From Trichoplax sp. H2 (Eukaryota), in the NCBI GenBank assembly GCA_003344405.1, contig NOWV01000275.1:1-64000 (forward strand): 64,000 nucleotides of DNA. Reading direction: 5' to 3'. Shown here one piece after another: positions 13,365 through 27,330 of the stretch. Under the pieces are notes generated by a model, which saw only the letters and a list, made by a program, of their open reading frames with translations, was not told where the DNA came from and searched no databases. Numbering within the stretch: position 1 is the stretch's first letter; each line of letters begins with the position of its first letter. Position numbers and translations under genes: made by a program.

Positions 13365-13790
13365 TCCAGTTAACTTTTGTGCATCCAGTAATATCTTGTA
13401 CTTTGAAGCACAATACTATTTCTAGTATGCTGCAGTTTTTCTATTTTGCTTAAGACAAGTCAAGTTTTTCGAGGACTATCTCATTTCATAGTCTAACTTT
13501 TAGTCATCCAGCAATTTCATTCATTTTAAAGTGCGATATTATTTCTAGTGCGGTATAATTTTCTACTTCAATTAAAATAAGTCAAATCTTTCAAGGACTA
13601 CCTCATTTTATAGTTTAATTTTGGTCATTCAGTAATATCATTCATTTTGAAGTACGATATCATTTGCAGTATGGTACAGTTTTCTACTTTATTTAAGATA
13701 AATCAAGTCTTTCAAGAACTGCCTCATTTTCTAGTCTAACTTAATCATCCAGTAATATCATCCACTTTATAGTACGGTATTATTTCTAGT
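13365..13790. repeat. Diverged tandem repeat, ~121 bp x 3.5
   Basis: catccagtaatatc-like starts at 13382, 13505, 13626 and 13746, with shared internal motifs (tatttctagt, tttcaaggactacctcatttt). Confidence 0.9.
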
Positions 13791-14380
13791 CTAATTTCCT
13801 GTCTAGCAGTAGTAACGTCAAAGTATGCAATAGAGTACAATATCATGTATTAGTGAAACTTATTAACTGTAATAAGGCAGGAATAAAGTGAAATTTACAT
13901 ACAATTACATCTTGTATATACATTTGTAATGATTAAGTAATCATTAATGTAGGTGAAGGGTTTACACGCGATCAATGCCATATTTGATATTCAGTTATAG
14001 TGTTAGTGATTACTGTATTAGCTATATTGAACTGCAACTTAAGACACAAAATCGATTCAGTAGTTCATGAGTGGGCACTTCTTTTTACAATTGTATCCAT
14101 ATAAAATCTTTAATATTCTTTATCAAACCATCGCAATGCAATATTGACGATATTTATACCAGATTCATGATTATTTTTACATTCTTGTGGTGAATTACAG
14201 CATATGTTTGACGTTTATGATATGCAATTAAAGCATGCATTGCCATATTTTGCAGCAGCTATTGCAATAACAGCGTATGATGCAGTACGGTAATGTTAAA
14301 CGTGTCCATACGGCCAAAGCAAGAATATTTTTTTTAGGAAAAGAGGTATTCAACTCAAGACTTTGTTACAGTATGATCTA

Positions 14381-14780
14381 TTTCAGGCTGAACTTTTCAC
14401 TTGAAGCAAATAGTAATCGCTATTTACTCCTGTAGCAATGGTTTAATTGAGGTTAACGATGATATTAGTTTGATGGTATGCTATCTTATGAGCGTAATCC
14501 CACCTTAAAAAATCAGGATTTCAGGCTGGATTTTCCACTCAGTACAGATGCTAACCTTTATTTACTCCTGTAGTAATGATTTAAGTAAGATTAACGATGA
14601 TAATAGTTTGATCGTATACTACCTTATGAGCATAATCGCATAGTAAGAAAATCTGGATTTCAGGCTAGATTGTCTACTCGGAACAGAAGGTAACCATTAT
14701 TTACTCCTGTAGCAATGGTTTAATTGAGGTTAACGATAATATTAGTTCGATCATATGCTATCTTATGAGCGTAATCCCAC
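14381..14780. repeat. Tandem repeat, ~138 bp x 3
   Basis: tatttactcctgtag at 14421, 14559 and 14698; tttcaggct at 14382, 14519 and 14658. Confidence 0.92.
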
Positions 14781-15529
14781 TCTCTACGTTAGAAAACCCT
14801 GCAAGCTATTTTATACACTTTCCCAGAGTTGTTCAACTAAATATGCCCTGTGCGAAGTGACAACGATAAGTACAGGAAAAAGCATGAGGACGTACAGCAG
14901 ACTATACTAGTACTATACCTCGGTAATTTATTCGGTAATAATGATTTACCGGGGCGTTGAGGGTTGTCAATTTTCATCTTGAGCATAGCTTCAAAGCAAA
15001 TATTGAATTATTTTTAGATGGTTATATTCAGGAAGAGTTTTTGCGTTGGTATAGCTGCTTCATCGGTCTATCATTAGATATTATTACAAAATGCCGTATG
15101 CAGTACGCGAAGTATAAATATCGTGGGTTATACTAGCACAGTACTATCCAAACGGAGAAGTCTATCGTAGAATTCTAGTCAATGAGAGGTTTTGTCAATG
15201 CGAATGGTGGCAAGGACAAGGATTTATTATATTTGTACTATGCAGCAGTTGCACAGTATGCGTTGAAATGATCGTAGAAAGCTAGGGTAGTTATAGCTTA
15301 GAAATAAAGAATTCGTTATGAGGTATTCATAGCATGCTATCCTAGCATCAATATAGACTGTCTTTCATATATAATATGCAAATTTCTTTCTACACTGGAT
15401 ATAATAACTATCGCGCACAATAAATTGTGAAGCTGTTATTGTTCGATTCGCTATCCCATATTCTACAGTATGTGATGGAATTTGTCTTTTACAATCTTAA
15501 AATTAGCCATTCATTTACTTGACCCATGG

Positions 15530-16065
15530 CAAAATTGTAGCTTGCAGCAAAACACTTCAACTAAGCATTCGATTTAATATTCTTATTGAATGACACAGTT
15601 GTAGGTAGTGTATATCCACTTATCAGTATTACTGAACGGCTTGGTGAGAGTAAAGTTGATAGCATAGTCATCGTGGTGAACTATTCACTTAGATGTAGAC
15701 GTGATTTTATTGCCTATTCTTTATTGTAATCAAAAATGAAAAATGCATGGTAATATAACGCACACATGACAATAATCCAGAGGAAAGATTGGCGTTAATT
15801 AACACCGTGACAAATGTAGCTTGTAGCAAAACGGTTTTAAGCATCCGATTTATTATTCTTATTCAATGACATCGTTGCGGGATATTTTATACGTAATGAT
15901 CAGATATCCTTCGATATAACTGAACGGCGTATAGTCGTCAAAACTAAGCAGAATCACGTATATGTGATGTTATTGCCTATGCTTCGATCTTTATATTCCC
16001 TCCCAAAAAATACGTATGGTATTTTAACGTACACACGACAATGATCCGAAGGAAAAGGTTGGTGA
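15530..16065. repeat. Diverged tandem duplication, ~275 bp x 2
   Basis: aaa(t)tgtagcttg.agcaaaac...ttcttatt.aatgaca at ~15532 and ~15811; atggta.t.taacg.acaca.gacaat.atcc at ~15747 and ~16016. Confidence 0.8.
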
Positions 16066-17439
16066 TAGTTGCCATTACATGACAATAAACGTACTTCAAG
16101 ATTGGATAGTTTATGATTAATATTAGCGCACCGTCGTTTACTACTGTGCGCTTGACTGTGGTATTTCAATTTCAATTGATTTTACGGTGTTTATGGCAAT
16201 AAGTTCACTGAAATAAATTTAGCGCCATCTATCTGGCTTATCGTAGCTCACTTTATATACTGCAAGTAGAATGGAATTGATGTTCATGTACTGTATTTGT
16301 CGTGAATAGACTAGTTATGGGCAAATTTGTAACAAAAGCATTTTTGCTGATGATGAGGAAGGCTGTTATTGTACTCGATCGCAGCTGTTGTGGATCGCAC
16401 CATAGGCATGAATAAAACATAGCAGGGTGCATCTCAATTTGAAGCATTTCTTCAAGCTAATACTAATGACAATATGAATGATAGGATTTAAGGAAGTATA
16501 AGCGTTCAATTGACTTTGGTCATAAGATCTGTTATTCTATCTGGTAGAGTACAGAGCTCCTATACTTTGCAGTTTAGGGCTTGTCAGATACGAAATTTGG
16601 TTTGGCCAATATTGCTGACAAGGTTTATTGGGTCACTTATGGCTTGATCTACCCGTCTGATAAATAAAGAGTTGCAATAAAATGTCTTCCACACGACGTA
16701 CCCAAAGGCAATTGTAATCTCTTAAGGATTTTTGTACAATTACAGTTCAGCCAGTACTATACGTACGAGTATAGCAACCTGTCGCAACTGCCGTAGGAAT
16801 GTGGAATACTATGGCAAAGCAACGTCTTTTAGTGCGCTCGTTCAAAACCATATTTATTTATTAATTGTTAATCATTTTTCAACGGGCAGATCATGCTATA
16901 AGTAACTCAATCCATCATTTCAGTGCAATCTCTGCAACCAAAATTCAAATCTACCGAACCCTATACAGCAATAGTAGTAGTTTCTGTTAGGAAATGATGT
17001 TGCTCGTAGCGACTAAAGCATCCTTGCAGTCGTCACTCGCCTTGAAATAATCCGTTTAGCGATCTCTTTATCCTGATTGCAATGCCATTTGCAAAATGAT
17101 GAATGAGTTTGCAGCGTGCACCATTAGAGTGTAACAAGTGATGAAATCTTTAGGAAATCATTTGCAGCAACGGCTTGTTGTGTCATAGAAGCAGTCGCCA
17201 GTAAAGTCATGCTAGTTTCTAGGCTACCATGGCAAGGTGTGACATGGCTTTGCTACTGATTGTCTTTCTGTCGCGCGCACAACAGACTGTACTACGTTTG
17301 AATAGGATCATTTTCTTAACGTGCCTTGCACAGTTTGCACGTGTACCGGAAGCTTCGCAAATGGCAGCATACTGCCCAATTGGAAGAAATGGAGTTTACA
17401 GAAAGAAATTCATTTTTTGATTATAACTAGTCGTAGTAG

Positions 17440-18230
17440 TCGATCCGTCTCTGTATCTTTTACTTTATATGAGAGCTGTTACTGTAGTGCACACTGAGCC
17501 ACCTGTGCAATTAGTATGAAAGTTATCACTGGCTTATAATCTTCCTGATTGAGCATATCATCTGCTCATCACTTGATCGAATCATAATCGTATTTGTAGT
17601 CGATTTGTTGCGTAGCTTTTACTTTACATAAGCTACTGCAGTGCACACTGAGCCAATAGAATATTGCAGTCAAGGAGTTTAGCCCATCGCTCGCTCTACT
17701 TGGCGTACTTGTGCTTTTAACTTTGCTGTACATTTGTGTGCAATTTATCACTGTCTCAATCCTTTTCCTGATTGAGCACATCATCTAAGTTCTGCATTAC
17801 TTGATCGAATCATAATCGTATCCATGACTAGTTATAGTGCCTTTTACGTTGCTGCAGTGCACACTGAGCAAATTGAATATTTTGCTGTGTTGTAGTCAAG
17901 GATTTTCATTTACTGTACAATGTACAATTGAGTACAAATGAAGATCCATGCTGTACTGTACATTAGTCAGCAATTGATGACTGACTCGACTACTTTCCTG
18001 AATGAGCATATCATCTGCACAGTACTTGATCCGTCGTTGTACCTATTACGTTACTGCAATGTAGAGTGTAGACCGAGCAAATTGAATATATTGCAGTCAA
18101 GGAGTTTTGTCCAAGCTTTTCACTCGCTCGTTCTAATTGAGTACAAATGAAGGTCCCTGCTGTACATTCGTAGGATCACTGACTCAACCAACCATTTTGC
18201 TGATTGAGTATATCCTATGCACATCACTTG
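17440..18230. repeat. Old diverged minisatellite (~150-240-bp units) flanking the 124-bp array
   Basis: gtgcacactgagc at ~17487, 17641 and 17857 (degenerate at ~18060); cctgattgagcatatcatct-like at ~17543, 17767, 17997 and 18200. Confidence 0.8.
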
Positions 18231-19195
18231 GTTTAATCATCATCCATGAGTGGATGATGATTACTGCGTGGACACGTCCCATTCAAAATAGTTTCAAGAT
18301 CGCTTTCGACCAAGCATTTTCTGATTGAGTGAAAGTAGATCCTAGGCACATGACTTGGTCTAATCATCGTCCACTCATGGAAGATGACTGCATGGACACA
18401 TTCTATCCAAAATAGTTTCAATATCGCTTTCGACCAAGCATTACCTGATCGAGTGAAAGTAGATGTTGGGCACATGACTTGGTCTAATCATCGTCCACTC
18501 ATGGATGATGACTGCATGGACGCGTCCTATCCAAAATAGTTTCAAGATCGCTTTCGACCAAGCATTTTGTGATCGAGTGAAAGTAGATCTTGGGCTCATG
18601 ACTTGGTCTAATCATTGTCCACTCATGGATGATGACTGCATGGACGCATTCTATCCAAAATAGTTTCAAGATCGCTTTCGACCAAGCATTATCTGATCGA
18701 GTGAAAGTAGATCTTGGGCACATGACTTGGTCTAATCCATCGTCCACTCATGGATGATGACTGCATGGACGCGTCCTATCCAAAATAGTTTCAAGATAAC
18801 TTTCGACCAAGCATTATCTGATCGAGTGAAAGTAGATCTCGGGCACATGACTTGGTCTAATCATCGTCCACTCATGGACGCATTCGATCCAAAATAGTTT
18901 CAAGATTGCTTTCGACCAAGCATTTTGTGATCGAGTGAAAGTAGATCTCGGGTACATGACTTGGTCTAATCATCGTCCACTCATGGACGCATTCTATCCA
19001 AAATAGTTTCAAGATCGCTTTCGACCAAGCATTATCTGATCGAGTGAAAGTAGATCTTGGGCACATGACTTGGTCTAATCATTGTCCACTCATGGATGAT
19101 GACTGTATGGACACGTTCTATCCAAAATAGTTTCAAGATCGCTTTCGACTAAGCATTTTGCTGATTGAGTATATCATATGCACATCACTTGGTCT
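18230..19195. repeat. Homogeneous non-coding satellite, ~124 bp x 8 (two units shortened to 109 bp)
   Basis: caaaatagtttcaa recurs with spacings of 123, 124, 124, 125, 109, 109 and 124 bp. The non-triplet period breaks all reading frames. Confidence 0.97.
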
Positions 19196-19335
19196 CCATG
19201 AGCGGATGATGATTAGACGGTTCCCATCCTTTTCCAAGATCGCTTTGGTGTAGTCTGAAGTTGACACGATCAAGTGGGTGACACAGCAGTACTGTACGCT
19301 GTACAGATATATCTACTGTACTAGTGTAGGCAGTG

Positions 19336-19489
19336 GACGCTCACACATCACTCGAGTGAAGCGATTTGCAAGTGAATCGCAACTCGAACCATGACTGAAG
19401 TGTACTGGTGATATACAGCGACGATCGTGTGCAGTGTTGGAATTGCGATTCACTTGTAAATCGCTTCACTCCAATGATGCGTGAGTGTC
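19336..19489. repeat. Inverted repeat (fold-back), 54-bp arms with a 46-nt loop; MITE-like or hairpin
   Basis: Left arm 19336-19389 gacgctcacacatcactcgagtgaagcgatttgcaagtgaatcgcaactcgaac versus reverse complement of 19436-19489 gacactcacgcatcattggagtgaagcgatttacaagtgaatcgcaattccaac: 7 differences, no gaps. Confidence 0.93.
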
Positions 19490-20147
19490 TACATTAGTAG
19501 CTATATTTGTATGCCCCTTAGTAGTACTCAGCGGCTTCTTCAGGAGAAACATCTTCCGCTTTCTCTTTCAATTGCCTGGTGCTGTCCATTTGTAGAAGTC
19601 CATGGTACATCGTGCAATGTACATTGTGCAGTGTACAGGAAACACTTGAAAGTAAGTTTACCTACTCGTACGCTGCCCAACTACCGAGTGTGTACTGTGT
19701 AGAGTACAGGACGCCATAGTGGTTGTAGTGAGGAAAGTGGGCTCGCTTTTTCTTTTCTTTCCTTCTTTGCTTTTTTTTTTTTTTTCAATGGACATTGAAC
19801 AAAGGGCTTGTTATGGTAGGACGGATAGCGGACTACTCCTTTTCTAGGGGGTGAATCCTATTACGGTTTCATTCACGATTGCACGTCATCCTCCAGTACG
19901 ATACCCTACCACGGAATGGAAAGTACGACCTACACGACACACGACACCACGCCACTGAAACGGCCGGCCAGGTTGGTTTTGCGCAGGATTGTGTACGCTT
20001 ACAGTCCCAGTGGACAGTAAAATGACCGCCGAATGCGTCCACCTGCACTTTTTGATCATCTCCAGCCTCTGTCCTATTGTCCTGTCCTTCTGTCTTTTCC
20101 AGCAGTCCTTGCCACAGCGCCACTGACAGAAGCTGCCATACAGTTTG

Positions 20148-20376
20148 CAGTAGGGTACTGTAGCGTTTGATTCAGTACTTGCTAGAGTCAGTGCTGCCTT
20201 GCCACCGTAGAAAGTGTGTCGAATGCCTCAACACCACCATTGACATTGTCGTCTACAACGTCCAGTAGGGTACTGTAGCACTTGATTCAGTACTAGAATC
20301 ACTGCTGCCTTGCCACAGTAGAAAGTGTGTTGGATGGCACAACACCACCACATTTGACATTGTCGTCTGCAACGTG
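20148..20376. repeat. Tandem duplication, ~115 bp x 2
   Basis: cagtagggtactgtagc...gctgccttgccac.gtagaaagtgtgt...ttgacattgtcgtct.caacgt at 20148 and 20263. Confidence 0.9.
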
Positions 20377-23300
20377 CCCATGCTCCCTTTCAACTTGACC
20401 AAGCTGCTGGGTGCTGATTGAGTTTTTATCTTGACCAAGTGGAACAAGTAATGTCGGCATTAAGCAAGGCTTGATTGCAATCCATTGGCTCATTTGGACT
20501 GGCAAATCAAACTCTACGATCCAAGTTTATTGGCTACTTCTTGTATCTTCATCGGCTTGAAAATTCAAGGTAAGCAACAGCTATTGTTCACAACTACGAT
20601 TCAATCATCTTGCCCGAGGTGAAATCCATGCAGACTTTCGGATCACGATTCAATCCAGACAGCAATATCCTTTTTATCGCCTTAGTACGAGAGGGAATTT
20701 GAAACGTTTACACAGCGATATTGCGAGCATGGATTCAAGGATTGATTCTTGCCCATCATGGCTGAATGAATTTTTCAATGGAATCCGGGTTAAGACCCTA
20801 CCCTTTGCCAGTAATCTACTGTACGGCGATGAAAGTCAATGATGTTGGCACGGTCGATGCTTCCATAAGAATGCTTGGGTTGCATTGGCGTGACCGTTTT
20901 TCAATTTCGACATCTTGATTGATTCTCGCAGGGAATGGGACACTTTGTTGATCAAATGGATCATAACGGTCGATAGTGGATTTGCTGATCTATGTCGAAA
21001 CGGTTATGTTGATGCATGTATTCTTCCATTCGTGGGCTTGTGTGTCTATACTGTAAATAGTTCGCAATGGTTCAACGCCATCATATCAAAAATAAGCCAG
21101 GAAGAAATGCTTCCATCCACGCCGTGTTCGCCTTGATATCATGTCCATGATCTTTTTCTTTTGCTCTTGCTGAGGTTATTCCATACAGTATACCAGGTTA
21201 TTCTATTTCTTTGTCAATCGACTTGGATCGGGATAACTAACCTGGAAAACTTGGCTAAAATACTTGTACAGTGTTGTACACAACCCGGGGGGGGGGAATA
21301 TTTGCCATGCCACCGCATGATCAAAAAGCGATTTCGAATGCTTACTTTAATGATTAAAATTTAAAAGTTTTAGTGGAAAATGGATAAGTCATCAATAGCG
21401 TTTTGGGCGATAGAGTGTATGCTTTTTCCCTTCCTCACGACGTGATTAGCTTTAAGTAATCTACTATATGGTGTTACGCGGCAATTCTTGTCCAGATCGT
21501 TTTCAATTGACGTATGCTTAACGCAGTGGGTATTAATCGCTATCAAGTACATTATCGCCAAGAAGTTAGATTTACAAGTTTGATGTGGTAAGATAGACTC
21601 ATACGGCCTGCCATGGAGAACATTCTACATACTATCAATTGTGAAAAGATGAGAGCTGTTTCTACCATTTTGGACATGATGACTGTCGTTCACATCGTTG
21701 TGCGCTAAATGATGACTTTGAAAAACTGACTAACTTATTCTACCACGACAAGATTGTCATGATTTTGTCTTGTTTATGCTATCGCAAGTAGGTTGCGTGC
21801 TAATGGCCTGTAGGTCGTCAAAACAAGACTTTCCTTGACGGTTAGCAAATGAAAGGATCGAAAAATCAACCATAAAATTTTTTAAAAGGGCAAAAAGAAA
21901 GGAATGGATTATGGTAACCTTTGAGTAATCCGGTGAGAACAGCCGAGCCAATAACTCTAGTTCTCCCTATTATCATGGCGGTAACAGTACTTTCCACATC
22001 TCCTTGAATCCCTATTAATTAAGTGTTTCTCCATCAAAATCAACTCGTAACTCAATGTCGCATGTCATTGACCATTGCAAGTTCAATACTCAAGTCGTAT
22101 CGTCTACAGTGCAACTTTTCCCCACTACTACAACATGGCGATTTTGTTTGCTTTTGACTTCGTTTCCCTTCTCTATCCCATACGTCGCCGATTGACCTGG
22201 TCGACAGCGATGATTCCTACTGTATCTCGCTAGACTAATCGTTTCCTAGCCAGTAAGTTACTACCAAGAAATAAATCATCGACTCTCAATTGCCATGATC
22301 CCCTATCGTGTTCTAATAGCCATTTTGCCTTGGGTCTATTAACGACTACAAAGTGGATCTCCGGACTGTAGTAGGGTTGCTTTCTTGCAAAGGTGGCATT
22401 TCAACAGCATGGCGTCAAGATAGACTCTACATTTAGTTAACGTTTTCAATCACTTCCGTAGGCTAACCTGTGACAATTGCAATGGAGAATTTTTATATTA
22501 AGTAAACTAAATGGACCCAAAATGCTGCATTCCTATTCGTACATTTCTATTTATTTGCCCATATGTCAAGACTGGTCGGTGCTTCTATAGTCAATACCCA
22601 GTCCAATACTTTTCGATTGTTTTCTTTTCAACAATAACCTATTTGGAAAGTGCTTTTCCAATTGCATTTTTCTTTGCTTCTGAGTGTGGATCATCGTCCT
22701 TCATCATGTGGATGATTTGTAAATGGTCTTAACTTTATCGGAATGATCGCAATCATCGGTACTACAGCTACTCTCCAAAACTATCCTATGTTAGCCAGGA
22801 GTAGGCATCATGATTAGGTAGTCATGTCATGAAAAGAGTGATGAGCACTTTGAATGGCTTGTAGGAGTCTCCATTCTATTTTTGCGCTGTCAAGTATTAC
22901 TGACTGAATCCTATACGAGCATAATAGAGTTCATTAGACGGTAAGAACCGTAAGATGATGCTCCTGCCCAAATGGATTGACTGTTGGCTAATTAGTCGTG
23001 TCGATTCTATACAGCAGACATCGAACTGAACTGAAATGCTGCTATGATACGTCTATGTATAAATAATAATCATAATATCATCATTTTACAAAACAAAATT
23101 ATCCCTTTTATTTTATTTTTCTATTCCTCCACTTGGAAATTATTCCTTAAACTTCATCCTTAGCGTTGATTTGGAAAGTGGACGAAAGTACACGGAGGCC
23201 ATTTTCATAACTTTCTCACTTGCAGTATAGGACAGAGGATGAAGCAAAGTCATAAACACTTTTTGAATCATTTTCAATTTGTGGATGACATTAAAGTGGA

Positions 23301-26300
23301 CCATCACTGTCACGCGTGGTCGCCTAATTGATTTGTCCGTTGTCGTTGTTGTTTGAGTTAGCTAGTTGCCATTGGATGTGTTTAGCGCTGGAAATCTCAT
23401 TTCCTTTTTACACTTTGAATTCATTCCAAAGCGACAATGTCTGTTATGATTGCAATGAAAATTCTTTCTTGAATGTATTTTAAATATTAACAATCTCGAT
23501 GATGGTCAACTCAATTTAGAAGAGTGGCAGGCCTTATTCAGTGGTGAGCGATCAACCGATTGAGAGTTGTAATAGAGTAGAATAAATTAGAAAAAATAGT
23601 TTGCAAAAATGATTCACCATCCATCATGAACAATGGCTTTGAAAACTTTCTTCCATCATGGCTGTTGACAACATCACGAATAGTCAACATTTGTATTCAC
23701 TTTTGGAAAGAGTTCAAAATATGTGTCTTGGAATCATGTTGTGTTAAATTAAAAATGAGGATGAGCTATGCTAAAGTAGCGGACGTGTATGTAGGACAGC
23801 AAGTTATCGATGGGATTGATAGGATGTGCAGTATTCCATTTTAAATGCAAAAGAAAGAGAAAAAATTGACTTTCCTACTTTGCAGAATACGCACAGTAAA
23901 GTACAGTATACGCACATACGTATTTTATTATTGTTTTTGGGGGGTCCTCTTTGAATCTAGTTTTCACCCACTTGATAGTAGCTAGAAAGTGTTTTTGCAA
24001 TGTCCATTGCACAATGGGCGAGATGCTACAATATGGGGTAATTCCATTTTCACATGCTAACCTAATATTGATGATCCGATATGAAAGAAATTGCCTCCTT
24101 TTTCAACATTATTTTTATGGGATCCTATTTCCTCACAAGGAAATCAACACACACACTGTTGAGAATGGATAGCGCCGTGAGTAGCAGAGCTCTGTTGGAT
24201 CGATACGGTAGTGCCACAAGCCTTATCAAAACTCATTTTTTTCCATTGGATAATAAATCGTTTCATTGTGACATTGACTTTAGCAATTGAGTTTACGGAA
24301 TATTGTGATGAAGGTATTTACTCCATGTTGATCACAGTAGAGCGGAAGTGACGATTTTACGCTATTTTAATGAGTTGAAAATACAACGTGGAAAGTGGTG
24401 AATAGAGTAACGAGTGCAAGCCTATCGTCGTCATTCTTGACTTGAAAATTTCTTCTTTTCATTCTATCCACGGATGCGCGGTTTTGACGTGTTGGCAATA
24501 TAATGAGTCCTACGCAAAATTGTTTGAAATGCTACTATAACTCACCGACAATGATAGATCAAAGTGAACAACGGAAATTCAAAGTCATTACTCCTTGCAG
24601 ATTGGACCGGATTCTTACTGTCAAGCGAGAGAATGCATTTGTCCAACAAGATAATTGATGCTTACCGCTAGTGTCCTCACTCGTTGTAGCCTAGCCTAGT
24701 TTACTCTTGTTGCATCTTCATAACTCTATTTTTTGCCCAGGCTATCCTAGCTAGTATGGATGACAATGCATTCAAAATTGATACACAATATCGTTGCTTT
24801 ACCAATAGTCTGGCAAGCGTATCGTCATGTTATGTGTTGATCATGATAGGTATCTCCAATGGCTTTCCAAATACCCTCCAACACCCTTGATTGCTTCGAT
24901 TGCATCCGTCTACTACTACCAGGGTTACTAAAGACAAAAATCCTTTGCCTTGGCAGTCTCTGGTGCTACATCGATCGAATGCTAGCTTAAGTCAAGCAAT
25001 TGCATGCAACAATTTCAACATCGTCCATTGTCCTGCGTTGATCATTTAATCTACTTATGATCGCTTTCACTTTTGAAAGCATCCTCTACTTTTAAATTGT
25101 CCATGTCAAATAAAATGGAGTAACATAACAATTTTAATACCCTATTTGATAACCCAATGGATTGCCCACTCATTTGTTGATGCGCAAGAAATAGAAAGTC
25201 AAAATTTTCTTTAACCCAACTTTTTTCAGGTCTAACTTGCCAAGCGGACGATCGATAATTTATTAATGCAATTTACCCTGTGAAGAAATTTTTACTGATC
25301 ATGATTCAATGCAAAAGACGACAGTAAGAGAGGCATACATAGACCTAAGAAAGGTTTGATACTAGCATAAAAGCTCGTCACATCAGCGAACATCCAAAAT
25401 AGAATCACAACGTGCAGTCGATTGCCATGAGATGACTGGATAAATTACATAACGTGGTTTCCACATGACTTGTGCTACACAATATATAAAAGCGAAAGTA
25501 AAATTCTTCATTTGGATAGTATTGCTTTGCTTATTCTAGTTGTCGTGGCTTTCACTGTCTGAAGAATAGTCATAATAATAAAAAGAACTTCCATATCCTC
25601 CATGAACGATTTGATCGAGTTGCCGTTTCTTCGTAGAATGAAATGGAGAGGCTGAGCCAGTGCTATGACTTGGATGCTAGCAAATTGTTAATAGCATGCC
25701 TCCTCTCGATGGGAAATGATTTCTAACTGCTACGGAAATGATCTATGAAGGCAATAGAAATGGACACAAAGTAGTTTCTTGTTGACCTAAGGTCTTGTTG
25801 CCATTGTCTACAAGTTGGATAGAAATCGATGACAATCTTTTTGAAGAGAGAATCGGATTAGGGTCCTCTCTTCAATATCAAGATAAACATAGAAGGAGGA
25901 AAAAACTACGAAAATAAAAATTACTTTTGTCAACGTTGAGATGAATATAAAGCATCCATAAAAAAACATTCAATCATGGAATAAGGGATAACGTTCTTGA
26001 TACAGCCGATGATCCATGTTCAATACATTAATTACGGTCGACTCATCCAAGGTACCATTAGTCAAAGTAGACTGATGGCCAAGCGTTGATAACCTCTATG
26101 CTTTTCCAACACTATTCTTTTACCCTAGCAAGCAAATAGGAACGATTAAACAACAAATCCATTTGGTTTTCAGAAGGATGATAATAACAATAACTCTTGA
26201 CTGTATGTCTATTGTCTCATCATTATTCGAAAGTGGACTACAGTTCCGACTTGATAGAGACAATTCTAGTTCGCTCACGTTTACAGCAATAATTTCCTTG

Positions 26301-26774
26301 GCATGATCAAACGGTTGATGAAAATAAGAATGAGTGGGTAGTCAATGAAGGATCGATGATGAAACAATTTTGAAGGTAAGACTAGAGTATGGCCATAGAT
26401 TGGAGTGATATGTGATTGGGGGAATGGGCCATACAAAGTGCTAACAGTGTTGGTGAATAAATTGGTTGGGATGGAAGAAAGAACGGGGACTATGTCTGAC
26501 TAATGTATCAGGAAGATCATCTTCCTAATGCAAGCGACGTCGTTGTATATGAGTCATGTCAAAAGATAGTCATGATACAACAAGCAGGTGATGGTTTGGA
26601 GTTGATGTCTAGCAAGATTGAAAACGAGATGAGATTGAATGGATGAAATCAACGGTGTACCAAGTGCGCGCTGTTTAATGTTGGAAAGTGATGTACCGTA
26701 AGATGGAGATCGACGAAGGATAGACAAGACGAGCTAATAAAATGGATCCAACTGATCGACGAATGTTTAACTAG

Positions 26775-27330
26775 AGAGATGAACAGCTGTAGTGATGAGT
26801 TGGATGAACAAGGTTTGTACACTACCTAATCAATATCACCCATGTCAATGTTGAGTAGATCCAACTAGTGTTTGTTCATCAACTCTATATACAGTATATA
26901 AAAAAGGATGGCTAGGGATCTGCAGTAATAGAGATCGACAAAGGGTAGACCGAGGACATGAATTACAATAGTGATGAGTTGGAGGAGCAAGCTTTGATAT
27001 ACTACCCAATCCATATCGCGATGATCCCCCATGTCAGTGTGGAATGGATCAACTCTATACGGTATAAATGATGGAAAGTGATCTACAGTACTATAAGAGA
27101 GATAGATGCACAATACTTAGCAAGAGCGATGAACTCGTTATGAGTGGGATGAGCAAGGATTGGACTCTACCCTATCCAAATCGCTTATGGCCATGTTTCA
27201 ATACAAATGGACATCGAATTCATCAAACCATGGTTGAACGATGAGTTAACCCACTCAGCGGTTGAAATACTTCATCCATTATAACGGACTACTTGGATAA
27301 ATTCGTTATGAGTTGGATCAGCAACCATTT
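26775..27330. repeat. Diverged tandem repeat, ~175 bp x 3-4
   Basis: atgagttgga/atgagtggga followed by a.caa at ~26795, 26973, 27140 and 27308, with shared ctacc.aatc and ccatgt motifs. Confidence 0.7.

Noticed and set aside
16960..17410. Possible hAT/BED-finger relic on the minus strand (YTCKLCKAR)
   Set aside because: Only a CxxC and vague similarity; no transposase motifs could be confirmed by eye.
18230..19195. Possible CRISPR array or repeat protein (short ORFs MCPRSTFTRS...)
   Set aside because: Units are similar along their whole length with no unique spacers, the period is not a multiple of 3, there are no cas genes, and the context is eukaryotic.
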